A stretch of 64,000 bases of DNA, from contig NC_083228.1 of NCBI RefSeq assembly GCF_032191835.1, positions 33,976,001 to 34,040,000 of the forward strand, written 5' to 3'. This document shows positions 1 through 12,960 of the stretch, in pieces; the stretch's first letter is position 1; every line of letters begins with the position of its first letter. A program made the position numbers and the translations under genes. The notes beneath the pieces were generated by a model that searched no databases, had not been told where the DNA came from, and worked only from the letters and a program-made list of their open reading frames with translations. This stretch comes from Heteronotia binoei. Its lineage: Eukaryota.

Positions 1-220
1 TCAGATGAGTTTGCACTCTTCTTGAAAGTTCAGGTTCAGAGTATGAGTGTGATTATGGACTCATCATTGTTTCTAGAATTTCAGATCCTGTTATTATAGA
101 ATGCAACCAGACCTTGTTAGCCTAACATGTTTCGCTACCTTCATCAACTACCAAAACAAAGACATCGTCATCTGTGCCACTTTCAGAGTAGATGATTACA
201 ATGTGCCTGGGCTCTCTTTG

Positions 221-281
221 ACACATGAAACTACCTTATACCGAATCAGACCCTTGGTCCATCAAAGTCAGTATTGTCTAC

Positions 282-330
<49 letters not shown>

Positions 331-537
331 TTTGTTGTTAGCCACCCTGAGCCGCCTAGGCGGGGAGGGCGGGATAGAAATAAAAGTTACTAAGACTGGT
401 AGTGACTCTCCATAATCTCAGGCAGAAGTCTTTCATATTACCTACTGCCAGATCTTTTCAGTCGAGATGTGGGAAATTGAACCTGGGACCTTCTGCATTC
501 CAAGTAGATGCTCTACCACTCAGCCACAGCCCTTCCC
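221..537 (-). mobile_element. tRNA-derived SINE (Squam3-like), interrupted by an (AAT)n tract plus a LINE-like 3' tail fragment (~283-388)
   Basis: Minus strand has A-box TGGCTGAGTGG and B-box GGTTCAATTTC. The body matches the intact copy at 48793-49002 (GACAATACTGACTTTGATGGACCAAGGGTCTGATTC). Confidence 0.8.
283..329 (+). repeat. (AAT)n microsatellite
   Basis: Direct run of AAT units; explains the poly-Ile in ORF 101..415. Confidence 0.95.
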
Positions 538-1109
538 TTGAAGGACATTCAGAAATATCTACTGGTAATTTATATGCTGCTTTTTTGACTAATTGACATG
601 CACATTTATAATGATAAAACAGAGTTACAACAGTTAAAATTGTCAGCTGCAGGATTGCCCACCTGTTCCCTTGTGGCAGCCAGGAGCTTCAATCAGCTGG
701 AGGTAAACAGGGCTGGACTGGAAATGGCACAGAACCTCTGGCAGATGACTGGACCTTAGCCCTGCAACTTGCTGGCTCACAAGAGAGAGATGAGCGAGTG
801 GGAGGAGGAAACAGAGCCCAGGTAGAGAGAGGGCTCAAGGCCTCCAGAAGGGAGACAAGTCTCAGCAGTGTTCAGACAAGGGGAGGAAAAGCCAATAGAC
901 TGAGCAGGCAGTGCTGCAAGCAGCAGCACAGAACTTACCTGGAGGCTAGGCAGCGGCAGGGTGTAAAGCACACTGGTGTGAAGGAAGAGGTCTAGTTGTT
1001 GATTTGGAAGAACAAGGCATCTTTAAAAGAAGGTAAAGGGAAAAACCAAGGATACATTATTGTTATGACTTTTCACAGTTGGATATTTGACTGGTAGATG
1101 TTCAACAAT

Positions 1110-1900
1110 CTGAAGTCTAGCCAAGGTCCTGGGAATTGCAGATGGATCTTCACAGAATTCTTGCTCTTTCAAGCAGCACTGTCTTCTGAAACTGAGCTGG
1201 TGTTATTTGTTCAAGGTCTAGAATGCCCAGGTGTTTCTTGGGACTTTTAGGCACTGTTACAAGGGGCTCCAATGACAACTAGCAAAATTGTCACCTTCTT
1301 CCAGATTCACTCTGGCTCTGTTAATAAGTCTTGGTATTTGTGATCTTCTTCTGTTCTTTCCTTTCTCTTCTGATGTCCTTCGGGATTGCAATATCAATGG
1401 TCCAAAGCCTATTTCTCATTTCCCCTCTACCTACAATTTACAGTCAGAAGGCCCAAAGAACCTTTGTTTCCTCATTCACTGTTATGTTGTGCTCCCATGA
1501 TTTCCAGCTGATGCTTTTTGCAAAGATTCCCGTGCAACATAGCTGCAACTCTATCATGACTCTCTTTATAGTCAGCTTGAACAATTTTACCACAGCCATT
1601 GACCTTGTGGCCAACTGTTTCATCTTTTGTCTTGCAGAGTCAACATTTGCTATCATCACTGGTCTTCTGAATCTTGGTTTTTGTACTTCTCATTTTGAGT
1701 GCTTGCTCTTGTGCAACAAGAACGAGTCCTTCAATTTCTTTCTTCAAATGTCTTTCAGATGTTGTCCATGCAAGTGCTTTGCTTCCATTTGGTGAAGCAA
1801 GTTTTAATTTAAATCTTTTTTTTGTAATCTTCTTTGGTTTCTGTATCCTCAAATAAGTCTGCTTTCCGCACTTCAACTAGAACTTCCCTTTGCTTTTCTT
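1110..1900 (-). mobile_element. R4/Dong-clade non-LTR retrotransposon, degraded 3' part (CCHC knuckle plus restriction-like endonuclease)
   Basis: Minus-strand frames give CxxCKTKDETVGHxVNGC..DYKERHDRVAAMLH, WEH..EETKVLW, IDIAIP and KITKYQDL...VVIGA..., typical of the RLE-type C-terminus; frameshifted. Confidence 0.7.
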
Positions 1901-4899
1901 GGCATTTTTCTTCTTCAACAGCTTACTTAACTTTTAAGCTTTCTTAACTTTTAACTTCCAACTTCTCATTTTGTTGTTATATACCTTATCCGTGGACGAA
2001 AGCCTTCTACACCATTTATCAGACCTTCAAACCATGTCCAGAACAAGACTGCATTGTCAAACTCCACTTCTGGCAAAAGCCAAATAAGAAAATAATTTAA
2101 CTTGAAGGACAAAGATTGTTGATACTCTCATTCACTGGCTGAATTGCCCAAACTGGAAGGTGATTCAGCCTTGAGACTGAGCCTTCAGATTGAGAGTATC
2201 AACAATCTTCCCCCAATTTTGGAGCCTCCAACCCGCCACCACAGAACTAACACAGCAGAACTAACCAGCAACCCTGCCCCCAAAGAGCACCAGTGTGCTG
2301 TGACATGTCTAGTTTGATGATGTCACCCAGAAGTGACATTATTGCACTGGGCATGTCATGGAGGGACACTCTGGGAAAATAATTATAGAGATTTCCACCC
2401 AAGTGCTAGAGGGCTCCCCACAATGACATTCTTGGCATGATAACATCACTTCTCAGTGATGTCATTGCGCCTGAGCACAAAGCATGCACAGGGAAGATCC
2501 CTCCACTGGGAGCCAGGTAAGACCTGGCAACCCAACCTAAGCGTGTGCATATCTGTGTGGGTTTTGGTCGTCTTCAACACCCTGGCCAATCCCATTACAT
2601 TTATGCCATAGAACTCAGCAGGAGCTTCTGAGAACAGAAGCCACTGCAGTCTGCATACCCTGATTTTTATTAGTGTATCCACACTTTGTATTCTATTTCT
2701 TGATTGTGCTAAAACATGATATGAAAAACCTTTCCAGCTATTTTAATAATGGTTTTCGTATTACACTAAAACACCTATTTCAGAAAAATTGTGCTGCAAT
2801 ACCCAGCAATAAAATGCAATAACACTTAGGAAGAGATTTACTGACCTTTTCTTGCTCAAATGAACCGTATAGAAATTAAGAATAAATTTTGTCTTGGGTA
2901 TTTTATTTGTTTAAACTACTTAACATGAATTATAAATCTTTACAACAGAACAGGATGTTGTTTTTTTATAAAGATAATTGTTTGAAAGTGCAGAATACTT
3001 TCCTTGAATGATTCTTCAGGCATAAGTTTCAATCTGCTAATGGTTTTGGAACAAGAGACTAAATTCCACTATTGTTTTTCTTTCTTGTCTTAGAATTGTT
3101 AAAAAGAAAAGCAAAACTATAGTCAGGGTCACCAATTTGCATTTGACCAACTTCCCCGCCCCCCGAAAGAATATTTTATTCAGTGCTTTCTCACCTTCTG
3201 GATCTTTGAACTACAGTTTTCTGAGAGCTGATTAATTGACCAGCTAATTTACAGTCTGAACCACAGCTAGAAACTGAGTGTAGTTTACAAATATACTACA
3301 AGTGTGCTTGATGAATACAGTCTAAGGTTCACTGTCATCCCTTCCAGAGACATCACAATTGGATCTCTCTGCAGGAAGGGCTAGAAATAGACTGAAAGCC
3401 CTTCTTATAGTATTCGCTATACAGGCGAATTGTACTGCAATTCAGCTAATGTAAAGGGCTATGGCAAGCTTCTCCTAATTTGCACAGCTGTAGAGCTGAA
3501 TTCACTTACACAGGAAATGAACAGGGCAATTTCCCCTTAACACTGGGTTGCTTAGATACTCAAATGACTTATATGTGTGGCTCTTTGCAGCTCTTTATTA
3601 GGGACTTGTACTGCAGCTTGTCACATTTTTAAAGCCTTTTAAAAGGAAATTGGTGGGTTTAAAATCTCTTTTTTTTTATTTCAGGCATTTTGGAAATTGC
3701 ATTCTATACTAAACAAGACCATTGCAAGACTCTCTTCTCTCCTTACAAGAGAAAATGCAGTTGTGGTTTTTTAAATTGCATGTACTCCAAAAAGCAAAGG
3801 TGTATAAACATATGCCGTTGATATTGCAGATGGATAAACCCCTTCCCCCAGGATTGTATTAGAACTGGCTCAGAAAACCGACATTGAAGAACTGTTGGGT
3901 ACACCCCGCTCTCCTCCAAAAATGTTATTAAAATAGCTTGTAATGGTCAGGTTCTCATCACTTCAGTTCAGTTTATTATTACAGTCATTGACCAGAACAT
4001 TTTAGTAATCTAGAACAACCTTTAAAGTACCTTATAAAAAGTCCCACAAAGAATCTGCATGTTATTCCTCTCCATCAAGTTTTAAACTACAGCGTGATAA
4101 AATTACTCTCAATGCCCCCAAAGCATTAATTCTCTCTTTGAGGTTGTTCAAAGTATAACACTAAAGATAGAGTCCAGGAGTCCAGAAGAGTTTGATTAGG
4201 ACCTGGAAAAACCCAGTGGCTTGACAGGCAGAAGAGCAACATTTCAAAGGGTTTTTAAAGTAATAATAATAACAACAACAACAACAAGCCAAGTTCCAGA
4301 CTAGACACTTTATAGGATGGAGTCTGGTTCTGTGTAAACAAGCTTTCCTATGTTGGTGGAGCTGAACCACTCCTTATAAATTTAGAAAACACATTTTGGG
4401 GTCCAGATTAGAATGTTTTAAAATCCCGATGCTGCAACTAGTTTCTTCAAGGATCCCTTGATATAATGCATGTTTCAATTCAATGAGTGGAAAGATTTGT
4501 GAGCTTCATCAGGGAACAAAACCCTTCCAACTAACCTGTTGCATTTGTGTGGTGTGCCTTGGCTCTTCCTGGATGCCCAAGTTCAAAATGTAGATTTAGG
4601 TTCTAGGGTTGGAGCTGGATCCAGTGGAAAATTTCCCTGTGTGCAAGCAGAAACTGGCAACTTGCGTTATGTTAAACATATTGTATCTCAACTTGAATTT
4701 CTTCTTGTACAAACCTAGTTTAAATATTAATTGGAACTGACAGAAATTGCACTGTTTTTGGCGCTATTGCTTGTGCAAGCACAACCATTATGTAGGTTGG
4801 CAATTCAAGTCATGCTTTGTTAGTTCCAGCCAATTGTTACTGCACAATTGCCAGTTGAAGTGAGTTTCTCAGAATTTCTTGTTAGGTGAGTGAAATTAA

Positions 4900-5760
4900 T
4901 TTAGCAGTGTATCTATCCATTCTAAGGATTTCATTTTAATGTTTATTACAACAGCCAGAACAAAACGTAAAGAACGTCCACCAAAACATTGACCTAAGAA
5001 AAGATTCTTTTATTTGTAACCCAGGAGTTAGAAATAAGGGCAAGTTCAAGGTCCAGGGTGCTCCCACCTGTCTGGTCCCACAGCAGAACAATTGTATTTG
5101 TTGAACAGAGGGAAATGAAATTTGCATCACTGTATATGGTACTCCACACCTCCAAAATGCCTTCCCCTTCCCAAACCAAAGGTCCAGAGTCTGAAGATGA
5201 ACAATGACCTATCACTGTTCATTAAGACTGCAGCGCTGCACAAATGCCCTGCATTTAAAAAGTACTGATCTCTGGCAAAATGTGGTTTGGCAGGAGGTAG
5301 CTCCTTTGGCCACGTAGCCAGCGACTGGGAAGCGCTGTTTTCTTGCACAGTCTGGACCAGCCACAGTTCCTTCAACCCAGGCCCAAAGGACAAAGTGAAG
5401 TGTTCAGGGCCACCCTCCTTCCCAGGAAGTGATTTCAGCCAATAGAGGCAAGGACAGAGGGCCCACACCAGAAGAAATCAATTAGAATACCAAGAGGTAA
5501 TCTGGGGGCCAACCTCCCCAGGAAGTTATTTCAATAAAAGAGAGGATGGGCGGAAATGTCCACACCAGAATTAATCAGCTCGGCAACAAGGTCCTGGATA
5601 GAAATCCAATGGCTTTTTGATGGTTCCTGTCTACTGCTTTTTCCACTTAGGCAACAAAGAAGACACTTGAAACAAACACAAGGGCTTCTAACCTCCACCC
5701 CACCCCAATTCAAACTTGACCATCCTTCCCTCATGTTGCACAACCTACCAAAGTTTCAGT
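4900..5760 (-). mobile_element. Possible solo-LTR-like remnant
   Basis: Two diverged ~70-bp direct repeats containing CAGGAAGT (5414-5480, 5513-5580), a CCAAT box, and a minus-strand AATAAA near 4945. Termini not identified. Confidence 0.3.
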
Positions 5761-5916
5761 GACCATCTTAGCTACATCACTTCTCCCAGCATGCAAATTA
5801 AGTAGTCACATTGCTCTACCCAACAGTTTATATTTCCATAGCACTATATTTAATTCCTTGAAGGTAAAAAGATAGTGCCTTTAAAATGTAAATAAATAAG
5901 CAGTTGGTCATTGCTG

Positions 5917-6230
5917 CGTAGTGGCCTCGTGGTGCAGAGTGGTAAAGCAGCAGTACTGCAGCACTGTGGTCTGAACTCTCTGCTCACGACCTGAATTCGA
6001 TTCCGGCAGAAGCTGAATTCAGGTAGCCGGCCCAAGGTTGACGCAGCCTTCCATCCTTCCGAGGTCGGTAAAATGAGTACCCACCTTGCTGGGGGGAAAG
6101 TGTAAAAGACTGGGGAAGGCAATGGCAAACCACCCCGTAAAAAGTCTGCCGTGAAAACATTGTGAAAACAACGTCACCCCAGAGTTAGAAACGACTGGTG
6201 CTTGCACAGGGGACCTTTCCTTAACTTTTC
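5917..6230 (+). mobile_element. Sauria SINE (Squam1)
   Basis: tRNA-related head, core CAGCCTTCCATCCTTCCGAGGTCGGTAAAATGAGTACC, BovB-like tail GGCAATGGCAAACCAC...GGGGACCTTT. Confidence 0.9.
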
Positions 6231-8797
6231 CATTGCTGTGTTCTATTTGAAAGCAGTACATTCTGGTTTCTGGTGATGCAAATTTCTTGCCAAAAAAAAT
6301 CCAGTTCCTCATCTAGTTTGATGGAAACATAGGACAGGGATTTTATTTTTTATATGATTTTCAGTTGTCCCATATGAGGAAAAATCATGTTGGAGTTGGT
6401 CATGGTGCAGCTAATTTCAGTACTTGAATGTAATACAGCAAGAAAGAGTATTTGGCAACTTTAATAACAATAGAACAGAAATCTCAGTTGAATTTACTGC
6501 AGGAACATTTCTTTCCCTTCCAGTTATGAAAGAAAGAAATCACAGTGCTCTAGCAGAGAAGACTTGGCCCTTTGAGATCTGTAGTACATAATGGTTGGAA
6601 TGAAAACCCCCCTGCTTCCACATTGCCTCTGGCTTTCCTACCTTACTTGGCTTCATTGCAGTGGGTATGGTTCCAAAAACTGCTGGTAGTGATATGTGTG
6701 AACATCCATCATTGCCAAATATAGAGGTGTTTTAGCTGCAGCTTCTTTTGCTCGCTTTCTCTGAACTTATATTGTTAAAAGGTATGTGTTACAGTGATTA
6801 TGGGACACATAATGTTCTGTTCACTCATAACAGGAAAATTGGCATGAGATCATTGAGGGCCAATCAGTACTTTACTGTAGTTTTTCTGCATTTATGATTT
6901 TTGTCTCCTTATGAATGCTTAAAACCAGGGTCCCCATCCTTTTGAGGCTACAAGCACTTTTGCCATTCTGTGAATACCCTTGTGTTGCAGTGGCAGTTCC
7001 TGTCAAAGTAACATTTCTAAAAATCTGTACAACCAATTAAACCTCCAGTGGACAATCAGAAGCCTTACTGGGCAAAACCCCTCCTAGTCCATCCACTTTC
7101 TAAAAACACTTGGCAGACACTAGGAAAGGTATCAGTGAGTGTCATGGTTCCCACAGTCACCACATTGAGGTCCCCTGCTTAAGATCATTAATCTGAAGAG
7201 GGAAAGTGTCTCCTCTTTGTATAAAATGAAGGCCTAACATTTTTTTTATACTGGATGCAAGACTAATTTTTTTAAGCATTTTTCCCCAAACACAAGAGAT
7301 TAATTTCTTCTTGTTTTGTTCCCAATTACTTGTGTCTTTATTACAAACAAATGATTAAGGGATGGATCCACCAATTCGTCTGCTGGTGAGAAGCAAAATA
7401 GGATTTTGTTTGATTATACCTGCATGGACAAAAACCTTTTTGGATGAAGGACATAGTGAATTACTAAGGAAATACCTGGGGATTTTGAGGATGGAGCCTG
7501 GAGTCTTTCCCATTCTTTAAAATAAATAATAATACAGCAGTGCAGTTCCCCTGAATGCAGTCTTCATTTCCTCGTCCTCTTTTTTGCCTGCACTTCCACC
7601 AAATGAAAATGAACACACAAACACACACAAAGCAGCCAAAATAAGCAGTTTGCAAGCCCACGCTTTTGTGATCTAACTGGGGAAATGGTATAAATCACTT
7701 TATTGATGGAGTTGCTGAATGTAACAATCTGCTGTATTTCAACAAACTGCTTCAGACTAACACAGGAAAACAAAAGGAAGAGAGATGTTGAGGGGGTAGA
7801 GTTTTCCTCCATTCCATAATCAGGTTCTAGGTAACTCTTTACTGTCCATTTTGCTATACAAATGACTTCTGAAATAAATGCAAGACAAACAGGGATTGTG
7901 CTCTCTTTTTCACACACTCACCAGGAAGTGCCACATGGCTCTGTCTGCTCGCCCCTCCACCCATGCAGCTTTCACATTCTGCTGAGATTTAAAGGCACAC
8001 ACACATTCCAAAACACAGTTTGCAAGCTTTTTTTAAACCTGCCTAGATCTAAAGGTGCATCACGTTGGGGCAAGGCTTCTCCTCCTGGCCAGCTGGCTGC
8101 TGGTGGGGGTAAAACCTGCAAAATTGAAGGATCCCCCTCTAGGACCTGGGGGCTGGCAAGCCTAGATTGAGTGGAAAATCTGACTGTCTCTGGCTGGAAA
8201 ACCTACTGTCTCTCTATCATTATGCTTTAGCTGTGTAGCTGTGGTCACTTAATTATAGACATGGCAAATTTTACTTGTTCATCAAACAAGTTAATTGCTG
8301 GTTAATTTAAGCTGTAAAAATTAATTTTATATATGTCCATTGCATTTCAAAGGAAAAGTGGCATAAAAACTAGTTTGGGAGGTTTGGCGATGAATAGAAA
8401 TAAAGTTGTTATATTCTACTATAAAATTGCAGCTTTACAATTTCATTTTTAGGGCAAAGAAACCACATGAATTAATTAGCTGAAACTTAAATTGATAACC
8501 ATATGATAGTCTTACACTGGCTTTGTGGAAGATTTAATCTGAGGTGTTAAAATGTCTTTCAGTAAAGTCAGGGGCTATTTCTTCTAATTAATGCTGGAAT
8601 TTTATTTTCTCCTTTTTTAAAGTTTAAGGCTGGAGCACAGTTTTTAGATGTGTTGGTAAACATATCCAAGTGCCTTCAGCAGCTAACTGAGGTCCCAATG
8701 CTAAGAACACATACTTGAGAGTAAGTCTGCATTAAGATTCTCCTCAACTACCAGGAGCCATGCAATATGTGTAAAAGAACTGCATATGGCTCCCAAT

Positions 8798-8911
8798 ATG
8801 CATTATTATCTGTTTAATCTGAGAACTGTCACTGCGTAAAGAGTCAGTTTTTCTGTTAATGTTTATATGTTGTTCATATCCCACCAAATAAATGAGGGAC
8901 TTCGACTTGAT
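8798..8911 (+). repeat. 114-bp direct repeat, copy 1
   Basis: Matches 10038-10151 except for one substitution (CACTGCGT vs CACTGAGT). Confidence 0.95.
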
Positions 8912-8931
8912 CACCCCACGATAATCTTGAA

Positions 8932-9126
8932 CACATAAGGCTGCCTTATATTCTGAATCTGACCACTGATCTCTCAAGGTCACTTTTGTCTCTTCTGACA
9001 GGCAGTAGCTACCCAGGGTCTCAGGAAGAAGTTTTTTATATCAATTACTATTTGATCCTTTTAAGTGAGAATTGAATCTGGGGCCTTCTACATATAAAAT
9101 GGGTGTTCTACTACTGAGCCTCAGCC
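8932..9126 (-). mobile_element. Degraded Squam3-like tRNA SINE
   Basis: Similar to the SINE copies at 221-537 and 48793-49002. Confidence 0.6.
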
Positions 9127-9367
9127 TCACATCACCTGCCAGCAACAGCACTCCTATAAAATATTCCCACACTACTTCAGAAGTCTTCATTATTCAATAT
9201 TATTCCTGTTAACTAGCTGTATATGTTTAAATAGATACGCCTTTAGGACTGCTATGAGAAACTTATTACTTATAGTGTGTGGCACATTCAATCCACCTGT
9301 TGAATGAATTTCATAATCCATAGGATTCTTAGTGTGAAAGCAAGCTATGCCATTAATCAGATTGATC

Positions 9368-9480
9368 ACACGAAAGCTTACATTCTGAATAAAACATTCT
9401 TTAATAAAACTTAAAGGTACAACTTGACTACTACTTTGTTCTACTGCTTCAGACCAACACAGCTGCCCACTTGGATCTAT
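9368..9480 (+). mobile_element. Penelope-like (Neptune-type) pLTR fragment
   Basis: CACACGAAAGCTTACATTCTGAATAAAAC...TACTGCTTCAGACCAACACAGCTGCCCACTTG resembles the reptile PLE terminal repeat. Confidence 0.5.
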
Positions 9481-10037
9481 TGATCAGATATAGCTCACTT
9501 CTGGAGATTCAATATAGTTCCTCAAGGTCTTAAGGCTTGAATGAAATGTCATGAAATGAATTACCTTTGAACTAGCTCCTTAAAAACATTTAGAATTTAA
9601 GAGTAATGAAAATTCTAAATGTTAAGCTCAAAAGATATGACAAAAAGAAAATATAGGGTTGAATTCTACGAATCCATTCTGTTAATGGTGAATCTTACCT
9701 CTGGCACAAAGGGCTTCATTTCGCTGACTGTCTGCTGCAGAAAGGCTCTACAGAATGGATTCTTTTGATCCAGTCTATAGATTTTTCTAATGGTTTGAAC
9801 TCTTCTTAGGATTGCACTGCTAGTGACTTTTGGCAACACTAAGTAAAAACTGGTGAATCTTTGGGATTTTTGCCTGAAAGTTTGCCACTCTTTACAGGTG
9901 CAAAGCAACCAGTCAAAACATTCTGTGGGTACAGTCAGAAGTAACAAATAGCTCACCACACATATAAGTTCTTCCCTTCTCCGTATTTTAAGTTGGCAGC
10001 AGGTCTTACCTTGAATTGAAATTTAAATCATAGTAGC

Positions 10038-10151
10038 ATGCATTATTATCTGTTTAATCTGAGAACTGTCACTGAGTAAAGAGTCAGTTTTTCTGTTAAT
10101 GTTTATATGTTGTTCATATCCCACCAAATAAATGAGGGACTTCGACTTGAT
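10038..10151 (+). repeat. 114-bp direct repeat, copy 2
   Basis: See 8798-8911. Confidence 0.95.
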
Positions 10152-11044
10152 GTCAGATAGTTTTAGACTGAATTCTATGTCCCATTCTTGAGCAGCAAGA
10201 GCTCTTTATTTTGATTTGTGATCTGCAAATAATGCATTTCTATTAATAATACTTCTGCTGAACTATAAACCGTATGTTGTGCATACTCTTGATGTTCAGA
10301 TTAATGTATCTGCAAGAGAGATGACAGATGCTTTCAGGACTGAATTGCTGAATGCCTTGCATTTCAAATATTATGAAACAAACCAAAGCTTCCCTAGTGT
10401 AAAATAGATGAAGCTATATTAGATGAGGTCTGATAGAAAACTAAGCCATATGATCTGCCTTTCATCTCATATGCCTGTGTCATGTACACAAAAATGTATT
10501 GTTATTTTCTTGTGCAAGCTCATATGTAAGAAAGAGCTGGGTTGGACCATATATAGCTGACCAAGGATTTTATGAGTGTAACACCTAAGTTTGTGCACAG
10601 TCAGGTCAAGTATGAATGATGTAGGAACTACAGGGATGCCACAGGTATCATATGATGTATTTGTTCATTTGTAAGATTTACCACATGCATTTGGTATGTT
10701 GAATGGGTAGTTTGCTAACGTGAGAATCCGTGTCAACAATTTTATGATAGCTTTCGTGGACTCTGATCTTCTGACATCTGCATTATACTCCTGGGAAACG
10801 AGGCTTTCCTTATAAACTGGCCATAAAGCTCTAATTCCAAGCCATTTGAAAGAACAGGGACTATCTAGCCATCTGTGCCTATGGTTTTCCTTTCAAAGAA
10901 CTGGATCGCCATACCCAAAAGGTTGGAAAAACTACTGGGTTAGTGTAATTTTAGCAAGAAAATGAGAGTTTATTGCTTGGTGTAATGATAGCCACAGAGT
11001 TTCTTGCCTAATGTTATGTTAGCCACTCCACTGACTGTGATCAG

Positions 11045-11275
11045 TTGTTGTTGTTGGAACGTGCTCTCAAGTTGCAGTCAACTTATAACAACTCTATAAA
11101 GTTTTCAAGGCAACAGATGTTCAGAAGTGGTTTGCCATTGCCTGTCTCTGAGCAGTGACCGTGAATTTCCTTTTTTTTTTTTTTGCGGGGGGGGGGGCCG
11201 TCTCTCACTGAAACACTAACCAGGGTTGACTCTGCTTAGATCTGATGAGAATGGGCTAGCCTGAGCCATCAGATC
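11045..11275 (-). mobile_element. Degraded 5S-rRNA-headed SINE with BovB-like tail
   Basis: GTGGTTTGCCATTGCC tail motif and CCAGGGTTGACTCTGCTTAG head remnant, as at 41370-41500 and 23385-23535. Confidence 0.55.
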
Positions 11276-11327
11276 AGAAAAGTGTTTGGTTAGATTCTGA
11301 CAAAGCAAAAATGGAAAACCACTTAAC

Positions 11328-11462
11328 TTTAATCTGTGTGATATACAAAATGTGGACATCCTAGTTTAATTCTTTAATCTGTGTGATGTACAAAATGTGG
11401 ACATCCTAGTTTAATTCTTTAATCTGTGTGATGTACAAAATGTGGACATCCTAGTTTAATTC
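11328..11462 (+). repeat. Tandem repeat, 45-bp unit x3
   Basis: TTTAATCTGTGTGATRTACAAAATGTGGACATCCTAGTTTAATTC three times, one mismatch, no spacers. Confidence 0.95.
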
Positions 11463-11566
11463 TGGCTGGTCCCCCAGCACCAGTCTTCACTGTAACAGAA
11501 TGGAAATAATGAAACAAGGATTTGAGTACTGGTTTCACAAAGTAATCATACTTAAAACCATATATA

Positions 11567-11725
11567 CAGGCCTCAGATTCAGAGGGAGCTCACAGGAGCA
11601 CAGCTCCTGAACCTTTCTGAGTGTTCCACCTCCTCCTTCCCACCTTGTCCATTGAATAGTAGGTGCAGCTGCATAACAATCCTTGGATGAGCTCCACCAC
11701 CTATTTTTCTACAAAACGACCCCTG
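11567..11725. mobile_element. hAT-type MITE
   Basis: CAGG...CCTG termini with a perfect 8-bp TSD CATATATA; related to the longer copy at ~46552-47026. Confidence 0.85.
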
Positions 11726-12199
11726 CATATATATATGGTTTGCATTCAGTTGTAACAGAGCATCAGTATAGACATAATGTGAAGCCATGGTTTATTTTAA
11801 TTATCATTTTGTAAAATTCAAGTCAAAAATTATCATTTAAACTCTGGTTTGTTTGAAAAATAGTTTTGCCTTCATTCTTTCCCTTCCTTTATAGCTGTTA
11901 TTGCTAGTGTGCACTGAGGCTGGGTGGTCCAGAGAAGAAGGCAAAATCATGTGAAGACATATTAAAAGCTAACAGACCATGGGTTTATATCTTAATTTGG
12001 TGGACACCAATGGATAGTTAGAATAATGTCTCACATACATTCATACTTTCAGAAACACATTCTCTGATGTTTGAACCAGATCTAAGAAAAGGGACAAACA
12101 GAAGAGAATTGTGTTTCATTTTCTTGTAGTCCTTGTTCCAGTAATATATAGTCCATGTCCATCAAAGTTTTTCAGGAAGCAAAAGTTGGTTCAGTAAGA

Positions 12200-12960
12200 A
12201 GTATGCTGAAAATTTCTCTTGTTTATTTACAGCTCAAGTTTTTGAAAGAAATTGTTGGTTTTCCACGTTCCTTAGAGTGATTTTTAATGAAAGCTTTGAG
12301 GTGTCATATAAATCAGGTTGGGTAGCGGTACTCCTTTGGGAAATTTTCTTTTTGGTTTTTCAGAGGACTGATAAAAATGTGACACTGGCAATGATAGGAA
12401 GGGAAAGAATAGCAATTTGAACCAGAAGGGAGAAATGGAGGGTATGGGTTGAGCTTTTTAAAGAGAAAGAAACTTTTTTTTTTTTGCATTGTGACTTAAA
12501 GGTAGCTAAAGCTATTGAAGTGGTAGAAGTGACCTTGAATTAATATTTAGACACCTGAGTCTCTTTGAAATATATGGAATTACTTTCTTGATAAAAGTGG
12601 TATTTTCATTGTGCAGTTCATGGAGAGAAAGTAAATATATATAAGCAGTATCATCTTTTAATATTTCCTCTACTGGACCCACCCCCATTGTCCTTTTCGC
12701 TCTATTTTGGGGTGTTAATTCCTCCTGATTTAAGAAACTTATGGATTTTTTCCCCTGCAATTTGCCTCCAGATGGGTGGGAAAATATCTCTTGTCTGTCC
12801 CTGTTCTCTGGGTCTTTCAATCTGCACTGGGACCAAATTCAGAATAAGATATATGATATGCAAATATCTCCCATTGTTCAGTTCTGTGATGCCTTTCTGT
12901 ATGGGATCTGATTCATTTTAAATGATTGGGGGGATCTGCCTTTTTTGTGTATAACAATAC
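12200..12960 (-). mobile_element. Degraded L1/Tx1-like ORF2 endonuclease region
   Basis: Minus-strand remnants resembling (Y)TFY..S.I and LYDTSK; heavily disrupted. Confidence 0.35.

Noticed and set aside
101-415. ORF with a poly-Ile hydrophobic stretch
   Set aside because: Produced by the (AAT)n microsatellite inside a SINE.
11328-11462. CRISPR-like appearance
   Set aside because: The units are contiguous with no spacers, there are no cas genes, and the DNA is vertebrate.
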